From Felis catus (Eukaryota): a stretch of DNA of 64,000 nt. This document shows, piece after piece, positions 12,061 through 22,755 of the stretch. The first letter of the stretch is position 1, and each line of letters starts with the position of its first letter. The notes under the pieces were generated by a model. The model was not told the DNA's origin, searched no databases, and saw nothing but the letters and a program-made list of their open reading frames with translations. The position numbers were made by a program, and so were the translations under genes. Location of the stretch: positions 176,020,001 through 176,084,000 of the forward strand of contig NC_058368.1 in NCBI RefSeq assembly GCF_018350175.1, in the 5' to 3' direction.

Positions 12061-14139
12061 ACAAGTGGCCACGCCCGTAAGAAGCCTGCCTGCCCACACC
12101 ATCACCAACACGCTTGTGTTTTCCCAGCGGCAACCCGGCCTAATCGCCAGCAAAATTCCTCGTCTGAAATAAACAGCCTCCTGGGAGCCGGCCCTCCACC
12201 CTGCCTGGAAGCAGCAGCAGATGTCTCCTGTTGTCTCCCCCAGCGTCCACACAGCCGGGGACAGAGAGGCTCAGTCCGAGTTGTTGACAAACTGACAGCA
12301 AGCAGGGTTGTGGCAGGGCAGGCCCGCTGGGAGTGCCAGAGGCACACTTAATGGCGCTCCTTTCTGGTCTGACACTCGCCTTTCACACATTCCTCAGATT
12401 TGAAAGACGGAAAAAGCTTGCTAATTCCACCCCCCTGCAGATGCAGAGGGTCTAAATGACCGCGGCTGTGGGGCCCCGGGTGACCCAACTGCCTGAGCAC
12501 CAAAGGGAGACCACATCCCCAGCCTCTCCTTCCCATGGGGTGTACCATTTAACCCACACGCTCTTGAACGGGGCTCTCCCGGCTGTGACGACGGTCCCAC
12601 GCTCAAGTCTGTCCCACAGATGGTACCGTTCTTGACTCCGTGGGACGGGGTCCCACTTCTAGGGCCTTTCTTGAAACCAGGCAAACAGCGGAAGAGCAAG
12701 ACCGGACAGAAACTTCGAAGCAAGCAGGGATCTTCCTTGCCGAGTCCTAATACCATCGGCAACCTGACAGCGTATTTCAAGTACTGAAATTTTAAAAAGT
12801 AGTTTTGCAGCCTTTTCTCAACTCAAGACAATAAGCAAAGCTTTCCCCAGGGGCAGCTTACTGTGAGTGAAAATGGGAGTGAGAAACAGGTCAGAAGGAG
12901 AGGCACCCTAAAGAGAAGGCTCTCCACAGATTGGAGGAATCTGGAATCACACCCCTCCAGGGAGACCCCTGTCCTTGTCTGTAAAGCCAGAGGTCTCTGG
13001 GATCGTTTCCACAATAATGGGGGCACGTGGGTAAGAACCAGAGAGCAAGCAGCAGGAATGCAGCCCTACTGAGCGTTCAGTTTCTTTTTGAAGCATCCAG
13101 AAGAAAGGTGTCAATTCCCCAAGGTAAACTAGAGACTAAGAACAGGCCAGGAGATAGCTAATGCATGGCACAATAGCTCGTACGGAGGGGGACAGCATTG
13201 GGGAAATCATTAGAGCCAAAGAGGAGGGCTGCTCACCATCAGAAGTGTCACTGAAGTACAAGATCATCCCCTCACTCCGCAGCTCCCTAACTGGCCTCTG
13301 CACGGGACCAGGCCCTGGGCTGCCCATTTCCTGAATACGAGCAGGTGCCAGCTTGCCAAGCAAAGCGGGAAATATGGAGGGCCTTCCTTCTCCCTCTAAC
13401 CAGGTCTCCCCACTCTTCTGAGGAAGCACCCCTCGCCCTCCAAGGCCTCATCCACTCCCCCAGAGACCAACAAGGCCTAACCTCCTCAGTTAAGAGATGA
13501 GGGGTGGAGGGGTTGGGTCCCACCACAAATGAGGGGCAGGGGCAGGACTACCCACATCTCCTTAGGCCCGACCCACTGCTAGCACCATTTCACATGCAAG
13601 GACCAACCCCAAGCAGGAGTTTGGAAGCAGGCAATGCTGGCTGGATCCCAGTACCCTTCAAATTGTACACAGTAAGACAGACTCCAAAAAGCCCCCAGTC
13701 ATAAGCGGGGCACCACCCCAGGCTGAAGATGACACCACCTCTCGTCTATAAAATGGGCACGATCCCTGAATCCCTTATCTCTCCGGCAGCACATACCCAG
13801 AGGCCCCCAAACACTTCTCGGAGCCTGTATGCCAAGCACCGGGCCATCAGGCATGAAGTTTTAAATGCCGAAAATGCCATGCTAGTGAGGCCAGCGTTTA
13901 CCCTGTAGGAATGATACAGGGGGCAGGGGCTGCCGAAAGACCCTAAAAGGCTAACAGAGATCAGATCTGCATTTTAGAAAGGCTGCTCTCGAGACATATA
14001 TGGATTGCAGAAGAGCAGGAAGCCCACCACTAAGCCATTGTAATAGTTCCGGAGAGAGGGGACGAGGGCCAAACTGAGGTATGGACAGCCAGCCATGGAT
14101 TCGAGAGGATTCTTATAATTAAAAAAAAAAAAAAAAAAA

Positions 14140-14247
14140 AATTCTCTTCTGTAGATGTGATGATGATTGCACAACAGTGTGAATGTACTTGATGACCCTG
14201 AACTATGCACTTAAAAAATAGTGAAAATGGTAGTTTTGTGTATTTTA

Positions 14248-14289
<42 letters not shown>
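14140..14289 (+). mobile_element. L1M 3'-terminal fragment ending in a (CA)n microsatellite
   Basis: gatgattgcacaacagtgtgaatgtacttgatg...ctgaactatgcacttaaaaa...tattttaccaca followed by about 20 CA units. Confidence 0.75.
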
Positions 14290-14291
<2 letters not shown>

Positions 14292-14992
14292 CCTCTCCCC
14301 TTCCAAGTGACACTACTTATTTGTCAAAAGGAAAAAAGGCATAAATGCAGGGACCACCCTCCCCTAGGGCTCAAATACTAGGAAAAGTGAAGGTGAGTCA
14401 CATGCATTGAGGACAATTGCTGTGTTCAGGTATCATACTTCTATTAACTCGTTTAACTCTCGCAAAGACTCTACAAGGTAAATACCATTATTATGACCAT
14501 TTTCCAGATGAGAAGTCTAAGCACACAGAACTTAAGGTACCCTGGCTTCAAAGTCTGCATGCTTACCCACTACCCTAAATGGCTCCTGTTCACTTAGATG
14601 CTAAATATCTATATAGGAACAAAAAACCGCTATCCAATGTCCACCCAGCCCCGTCATTCGATTATTCGACTTCATAGAGAACAGGAATCCAGACAGCTAA
14701 CCAGTATTTTTTCCATTGGCATCCAGATGTTGGGCATGACAGAAACAAGATGATATGCCCATGAGTGGGAGCCTCTCAGGAACCGTCACCGGTAGAAACA
14801 CTGTCTTAATGCAAGCTTGTCATTTTATAAATTCCTTACTCAAAAATGTTTGCCTAACCTCCTAGGATGTTATGCTTTTTGAGGATCTATTTCTGACAGC
14901 CTCTGCCTTAACTTCCGTGCAGGTTCAAGTGGTAGTTAATACACAGCCCTGCCCATTTCTCATTCCCTTCCCAGTATTTGCCGAAGTCACCT

Positions 14993-15024
<32 letters not shown>

Positions 15025-17045
15025 GCGTCACAAATAACAAAAACCATGCATAGCGAAGCTTCATCTCTGGGATTAAAGTAAATACATAATTTTGGCAAAT
15101 TACTCGGAATTACGGGCTAGCAGCATCTGGTTCAGATATTCTCGAGTAAGTTATGGGCACTGTCTCTGCCACATTTTTAATTTTAACCAAAGTGTTCTCA
15201 GAAACATGTGTTTTCTGTCCCGTTTGCATGTAATCAGTTTTAGAGGGCCTCGGAGTCTTGAACTGGGGTTTCAGAAATGACCTGCAGAAGGGCCCTCTCT
15301 CCCCGCGCCGGGGGGGGGGGGGGGGGGCGGCAGGGTTCTGTGCCGGCCTCCCCCTCTTCTGAACAAGAGAGGCCCGCAGGTACTGTGTGTACACGTTCCT
15401 CACCCTTCATTCTGCTCCCAAATTACATACCTTGCTTTTATGTCAAGTCCAATATAGCTTCTTTAGCAGTTTTTTTTTTTCCTCCTCATTCCACATCAAG
15501 AGTACCCAATTACTTTTATAAATACTTGTTTTAAAAATATCACAGTGGTTTCCTGCTGCTTCAAATTCTGAAGGGCTATGCAGGATTTTAGACTCTTATA
15601 AATCTTTCAAACAGTTCATATTTTATCAACAAAGTGTGCTTTTTTGTAAACCCTAAGTATAACTCATCGAGGACATTTTTTTTTTTCAACGATTTGACCT
15701 TTCCATAAAAACGACAAAATAAAAGGAATTTTTTGCCATTTCAAAACTCGTTTGCAATGCCCTCCTTGTGCTCATTAACTCCGCCTCGCCCACCAAGAAG
15801 AGTGGTGTTTTTGGTTAAAAGAGAAAGCGTTGTCAATTCCAAAAAGTCCCAGTAGAGGTAAAGCAGGGTTATGTACTGGGACTTTAAAAGAAAATTCCAG
15901 GAAGGCCTTGGCTTTTGTTAAAACTAAAAAGCTCCCTAGCTCAAGGCAGGAACTTCTTGAGTGAATGTTCACCGTGGCTGCCAGGTCATGTGGTGAGGCA
16001 TCGCCAGGGACACGGAAGGGGTCAGCCTGCGTGGTAGAGGCTGGCCTCCAGGTCCCAGGGATGCCACTGTTCTGCAGTCGACTCAGCTGTCTACATTTCC
16101 ACGGGCACTTGTGTGGTTTTCCACTTGGAATTACTTGAAGATACCCAAGGGATGGCCACTTAAGAGGCAAATCCCAGAATATTCGACCGTGAGCAAGACA
16201 GAGTTCGACCAAGCACAACAAGAATTGAGCTGTGTCTACCAACCAAATAACCACCTGAAAGCTTCGGAATTTCGTGTTCTAGTCTCCTCTGCCATGTCTG
16301 AACTTGTATTTTATGTTCTGGAAACTATGTCGGGCAGGGAGGCAGGAAAAGGGAGAACAAGGGGAAAGAAATGTAGTTAAGGTATATTTTAGAGCCTTAG
16401 GCCTCAAACACGAGAAGAATAAGCCAATTCTTTGAAGTATGACCTGGGGCTAGACACTCTCAATCCTCCCCCTGCAAATCCAGGGAAGTATTTATAATCA
16501 GCTTACAGTTACCACCATCCCCAACTTACCACCCTGTCCCCACCACGTGCATTCAGCCAGCAAATGTCTGGCGACCACCTACTACGTGTCCAGTTTCCCT
16601 GGGAGCTGAGGAAAGCTCTAGAGAAGTATGAAATGGGTGCACCACCTGAAAGCTACGTAACCCCACCAGGCACAGTATGAGCCAGGTCAAGGAGGCATCC
16701 CGATAATCCTGCCAACTAGAGACAGGCGGGGAGGGCACAGCTCCTGGAGACTGGATATTCAGAGCAGGATTCCAGAAAGCAAGGTTTGGGCCATGCCAGA
16801 GGAGGTATATCAGTTAGGGATCTCCAGAGTAACAGAGCCAGTAACACGTACAAATAAATGAATATACAGTAGTTCTCCCTTATCTACAGGAGTTAAATTC
16901 TAAGACCCCCCCCCCCGAGGGATGTCTGAAACTGTTGGTGGTGGTACCCAACTCTATACATACTGTTTTTCCTATACATACATACCTATGGAAAATGTTG
17001 AATTATAAATTGGAGACAGGAAAAGATTAACAGTAAAACAGAACA

Positions 17046-17496
17046 GGGGTGCCCGGGTGGCTCAGTCGGTTCAGCATCCGACTCCTGATTTCATTTCAGC
17101 TCAGGTCATGGTTTCACAGTTCACGAGTTCAAGCCCCCCATTAGTCTCTGTGCTGTCAGCACGGAGCCTGCTTTGGATTCTCTGTCTCCCTCTCTCTCTA
17201 CCCCTCCCCTGCTCACACTCTCTCAAAACTAAAATAAACGTGGGGCGCCTGGGTGGCTCTGTCGGTTAAGCGTCCGACTTCGGCTCAGGTCATGATCTCG
17301 TGGTCTGTGGGTTCGAGCCCCGCATCGGGCTCTGTGCTGACCGCTCAGAGCCTGGAGCCTGTTTCGGATTCTGTGTCTCCCTCTCTCTCTGACCCTCCCC
17401 CATTCATACTCTGTGTCTCTCTGTCTCAAAAATAAATAAACATTAAAAAAAATTTTTTTAACTAAAATAAACATTTAAATATATATTTAATAATAA
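17046..17496 (+). mobile_element. Can-SINE with a second SINE inserted in its tail
   Basis: Head at 17046; outer TSD taaaacagaaca (17034-17045 / 17497-17508). Confidence 0.9.
17242..17459 (+). mobile_element. Felid SINE nested in the tail of the preceding SINE
   Basis: TSD aactaaaataaac(g/a)t (17227-17241 / 17460-17474). Confidence 0.93.
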
Positions 17497-17585
17497 TAAA
17501 ACAGAACAATTATAATATACTACAACAAATTTATGTAAATGTGGACTCTATCTCTCTCAAAATATTGTGCTATACTTCACTTCTT

Positions 17586-17789
17586 TTTTTTAATGTTTTT
17601 TAACGTTGATTTATTTTTGACAGAGAGAGAGAGACAGAGCATGAGTGGGAGAGAGGCAGAGAGAGGGAGACACGGAATCGGAAGCAGGCTCCAGGCTCCG
17701 AGCTGTCAGCACAGAGCCTGACGTGGGGCTCGAACCCACGAACTGTAAGATCATGACCTGAGCGACCGACTGAGCCCCCCAGGAGGCCT
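17586..17789 (-). mobile_element. Can-SINE
   Basis: Reverse SINE; TSD ctatacttcacttctt (17570-17585 / 17793-17808). Confidence 0.92.
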
Positions 17790-20700
17790 GTACTATACTT
17801 CACTTCTTGTGAAGATAACAAATGACACAATGCCTGCATGGGAAGAGGACATGGATGAATGGCACAGGGGCTGTGACACAGCATCACACTAGACTGACAC
17901 CTCAGAAGGAGGGTCATCTGCTCCCAGACTACAGTGGGCCACAGGTAACTGAATCCATGGAAAGCAACACTGCAGATAACTGGGGACTGCTTATACATGC
18001 ACATGCCACATGTGTGTATATGCACACAGACTGATTTCTTGGGGGGAACTGCTCTCGTGATCGTGGGGAGCTGGCAAACCTGAGCCCAGGAGGGGCCGGC
18101 AAGCTGGGAAACACACAGGAGTCAATGCCCCAGGCTCAAGGCAGAATTCTTTCTCTACAAGACCTCAGTTTTGCTCTTACAGCCTTCAGGTGACTGGATG
18201 GGGCCCACCCAGGACGTCAAGGGTAATATTCTTCACTTAATGGCCACCGAGCACAAATGTTAACCAGATACTATCGCAACAACACTAAGATGAGCGTGTG
18301 ATTAAGCAACTGGGTGCTATCATCTAGCCAAGTGGACACATAAAACTAACCTGATAGGAGGCATGGGATAAGGAGCAAGGAAGGGCAGGATGAGCGGCGG
18401 GAGGCAGGCTGGCCTAGGAGAGAATAGCATGACAGAGCGCTGATGACAGTGAGCCGAACCCCGGGGCCACATGGCAGGCGTGCCCTCTGGGAGTCAGCAC
18501 AGGCAGGACTTTTGACGCTCTGCTAAGAGGTCCTGGGCCTGCGCCCTGGCCCCTGGAGTTGGTAAAAGGTTTCCCATGATACAAGCAATAGCATGAACTG
18601 GCTGGAGCCTGGGGGTGGCCTGGAGACACTGAGAAGTGTGGCTGGCAAGGGCAGGGCAGGGAGGAGGCAGGTGGGCCCAGGGCGCGTCAGGCAGCAGGGG
18701 CGAAATCAGGAGGGGCCGGCATGGAAGGCAGAACGAGGAGTCTGGGTCACCACATTTTGGGGGTACACGGACGCAGACCACAGATGACACGCAGCCACAT
18801 GCAGAGCAGAAAACCGCCAAAGCCGTGGTAACTGGTGGCATCTCCGAGGAAGAGACTGAAAGGAAAAAAGGCCAGAGGGGGAGCCTCTAAGAGCAGCTCC
18901 AACGAGCACAAGAAACCAAGGGGACAGACCTGGAATGTCAGGCGGGCCACCAACACACGCCAGCCAGGCCACGCAGGGAAGTGGAGAGGCGAGGGCAGGG
19001 GTGAGGAGCAGGATGTCCTCCGAGAAAGCCTGAAACACGGAGAAGCATCATAGTGACCCTGGACTACAAATGAGCTGGCCCCGGAGGGGAAGCATGAGAG
19101 AAAAGTCTGCGGCCAAGGGCACGAGGAGATACAGTCAAGGAAGGGGCTGAGGCAGAGGCACAGCCTAGAGGAGTCTCTCCAGAGGATCCGGCCCTGCTGG
19201 GGTCCAGTTAATATCTGGACACCTCGTAGGAAGGGGTAGGAGGTGTTACCGAAAACGAGGGATAAGGAACAGGGATGATGAAGAGAAAACTGGGAGAAAG
19301 GGTATACGATGTAGGGGAGGGCAAGAGGACTGGGGGTGGGGGGACACAGCCTTGTGGCCTGAAGGAGGTTGAAGGAGGGGAGGGGCAGATGCAAATTAGA
19401 CGATACACACGCATCAGGATATCGGTGGCCCCAGCTCAAACCGAGAATGGAACGTTGGTGTGGCCACAGCATCAGCAGGCGGGCATCGGCAAACACTTCC
19501 CACACCTGCCTAGCGTGCATGGGCAGTGGAGACAGCACCCCCGGATGATGTCAATAGCTCACACTTCTACATAGTGCTTACTGCCCACCAGACCCGACTC
19601 TCGGGGCTCCACAGACTAACATACGTCAAGTCTCTAAGTCATCACAACCCCAAGAGATGGGTATGCTAAGTATCACCATTTTACAGACAGATGCAGAGGA
19701 ACAGAGAGGTTAACAACTTGCCCAAAGTCACACAGCCAGCAAGGGGCAAAGCTGGGAATCAAACTAGGTAGCCAACGTATGTATGACAGGGGAAATGACT
19801 TATCTGAAACCATAAAGCAAGGAGATACGGACTCAAATGCAGGCCGCAAGACTATATACCGTGGCTGCTTTGCGCATCTGGAAGCAAACCAGCCTGGGTC
19901 AACCCTGTGAGCAAGCTGACTGATCTAGAGGTGGAAGAAGGGGGGGACTCTCCAGGAGCTTGCAATGCCTCTTTCCAGGTCCTCAACAAGGCACGCTGGT
20001 TCCCAACATTCTTGCCAAGACTTGTCCCAGACCAGGATGATGTCTGCACAGGAGCCCAAAGCCCAGGGTTCAGAGGGCAGGGCCTGCAGCTTTTTTATGC
20101 ATTCGCAGCCTGCACAAGCTGACGCTGCCCTGAGAAGCCAGGGAGGGGGTCACCTGCTGGGAAGGCGCCCCACCAGACTTAGGCTCAGATTCTGGGGATG
20201 TCGGACACGTAGGGAGGGGCCAGCCAAGGGGCTCTGGGGAGATGCTTCCCACTAAGGTCCCCGCCACCTCGCGGTCTCTGCACCGACAATGAGCCGGGAC
20301 ACAGCAGACTTGGAACGTGAAGACCTGTGGACGACCTGCCGTGTCACTTGATCTCTTCACCCGCTGAAATCCAAACCGGTAACTAAGCCACGTCCCAACA
20401 CCCAACACAGAGAGAATGAAAGCTGTCACCTGAATAGTAATCATACTACTTCCACGCTGGTGCCTCGCCTTTTAAACTCTTTCCTCCTGCAGAGGGTTAC
20501 ACGTCGCAGTGTAAGAATCAGAGTGTTGCTTTTGTGCTTGTCCAGCGCGTAGACAAATATACACTACACTGTCTCCTGGTTCCCTGCCAAAACCATTTGC
20601 CTTCTGCAAGATACACCTCTCAGTCCCTCCCCTCACTTTCCCCTCATCCTGCTCTCTCCTCCTGAGCCACCGCCCCAACTTTGCCTTTTCCCCCTCCCCT

Positions 20701-21605
20701 TCCCCTCCCCTCCCTCCTTTTCTCTTCCTCTCTCCTCCCCTCCCCCTCCCTCCCTCCTCCTTCACAGCTGTTCTCAGGACTAGCAGCTAATGGGGGAAGA
20801 AGACCAGAGTCCTAGTCCCAGGAGAAGCCTGAAGCAGGGCGGAGGGTCAAGGAGCAGGGGGTGTCCACAGACAGGAGAAGACTGCCCGGGTACTTCTCAC
20901 TGGTCTCCCTAGCTGCCTCCTCACGCAATCCATGAGGAGTGGCAGTCCCTGGCTGTCACGCCCACAGTGCACGGGACGGGAAGGTGCCCAAGATCCAGAG
21001 GTACGTCTAGGGATGGCCGCCATACTCCCAAATGCATTGTCCCCTGTCCCATAAATCGGAATTCCCCGAAGCGTGATGTGCATATCACTGGACCGCTTGA
21101 GAGAGGATTGCTTCATGGGGCAAGAGACGCATGCCTTCTATTTCAGAGACTTGGATTTCTTTTTACAATTACCTTGTATTTATGGGAAGGGATAGAGGTT
21201 TTCATGCACAGTCATGCTATCAAGTTTCCTGCTGAAATTAATTCTGTAAGTGAAAAACATGAGCCAATTAAAAAAAAAAAAGGGAAAAAGCAAGTAATTG
21301 CATGGTGGAATGCACGTATGGTGAAAACCACAAACGTGACGAGCAAATGACTGACGATTGGTGATCCTGACGTAAATTGTCTAAATACAGGCCCGTCCCA
21401 TAGACCCACCTTGGTCCTTGGCTAATCGAGGATGGGTCAGAATCACAAGCCAATTTGATTCAATGGACAAATGTTTGCCAAGAGCTTCTGCTGCGTCCAG
21501 GACTGTGAGCATCACACAGAAGCAACCCCACTTCAGGAAGCTTATCGTTCACTTGGAAAGAACACGTCTTCGTTTACAGAAACTGCTGAAGAATGAAGCG
21601 AAACA

Positions 21606-21836
21606 GGGGCGCCTGGGTGGCTCAGTTGGCTAAGCTTCCGACTTCGGCTCAGGTCATGATCTCGCGGTCTGGGAGTTCGAGCCCCGCGTCGGGCTCTGTG
21701 CTGACAGCTTGGAGCCCGGAGCCTGCTTTGCATTCTGTGTCTCCCTCTCTCTCTGTGCCTCGCCTGCTTGCACTCAGTCTCCCTCTCTCTCTTTCTCTCT
21801 CTCTCTCAAAAGTAAATTAAAAAACATTAAAAAGAA
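21606..21836 (+). mobile_element. Felid SINE
   Basis: Full head-to-tail copy; TSD gaagaatgaag(c/t)gaaaca. Confidence 0.95.
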
Positions 21837-22439
21837 GAAGAATGAAGTGAAACAGTGTGTAGAGGAGGGAAGCAGACACAGAGAAGTGGGGGGCACAAGA
21901 AAAGGGAACCGGGACCGGCCGGGGCTCGGAGGTATGGAGATCCACTTCGGAGCGGAAGAGCCCTCAACAGTTCCTTCCACAGCAACCTCATCATCTGGGT
22001 CCCAAGAAGTCACGTCGGGATGCTGGTGCCCTCCTTGTGGCAGAGAAGGCCACCAGAGGACTGTACTTCTGAAAGCATGAGAAAAGCATAGACGGCAGCG
22101 AGCCATCTCTCGGGCTGCCCTGAGCCTGCACGGCGAGGCTCCTGGCGGGCGGTGCGAAGGACCTCTGTCCGGTCAGGCCTGACTGACGTTCGTTCTCCAA
22201 ACAGCTTCCACCGATTCTCTGCGGTCCTCATGTGGGGCTCCCGGCTCTCAAGCTCCTCATGCTGCTGGGTCTGCGGTGGCTGGGGAGATGTGTCTTCCTT
22301 CCAGGTCAGAAGCTGACCTAGGAATCCGGAGACCGGGGCAGCACTGAGTGGGAACAGAGGCAGGCATTCACAACTGCTGCGTTTTCCTCTGACTCCGGAG
22401 AGCCGACACCTTTGGGCGCCTTTTGGTGCCCTGGGATGA

Positions 22440-22755
22440 CACGTGGAGATGAGGCCTCGGGGAGGTAATGAGGGGTGACATGAGGTCAAGGGGGGTGGGA
22501 CCCTCATGACGGGACTGATGCCCTCATAAGAAGAGACACCAGAGAGCTCGTTCTCGCATTCTCTCTCCACCATGTGAGGACACAGCGAGAAGATGGCCAT
22601 CGGCAAGCCAAGAACTGTGCTCTCGCTGGAGCCCAACCACACTGGCACCCTGAGCTCAGACCGCCAGTCTCCAGAGCTGTGAGAAACACATGTCTGTCGT
22701 TTAAGACCCTCAGTCTGTGGCATCTGCTCGTAGCAGCCCAGACTTCGTAAGACGG
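22440..22755 (+). mobile_element. MaLR LTR (MLT1A-like)
   Basis: gccctcataagaagagacaccagagag...ccatgtgaggacacagcgagaag...gtctccagagctgtgagaaa...tagcagccc. Confidence 0.75.

Larger units (their letters stand above)
16867..17991 (-). mobile_element. MER44-like (Tigger7, Tc1/mariner) non-autonomous DNA transposon carrying three SINEs
   Basis: TIR-like ends cagtagttctcccttatc / gataactggggactgct, flanking TA dinucleotides, internal cctatacatacatacctatg and tcagaaggagggtcatctgct motifs. Confidence 0.75.
16806..18355 (+). mobile_element. ERVL LTR (MLT2-like), split by a MER44-like transposon
   Basis: Left part tatatcagttagggatctccagagtaacagagcca; right end ctagccaagtggacacataaaactaacc. Orientation is uncertain. 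Confidence 0.65.

Noticed and set aside
18747..19538. 263-aa minus-strand ORF
   Set aside because: No recognisable domain, non-ATG start, and composition reflects the purine/pyrimidine-skewed sequence
20625..20762. Long polypyrimidine/polypurine tract (possible H-DNA)
   Set aside because: Common low-complexity feature with no specific context
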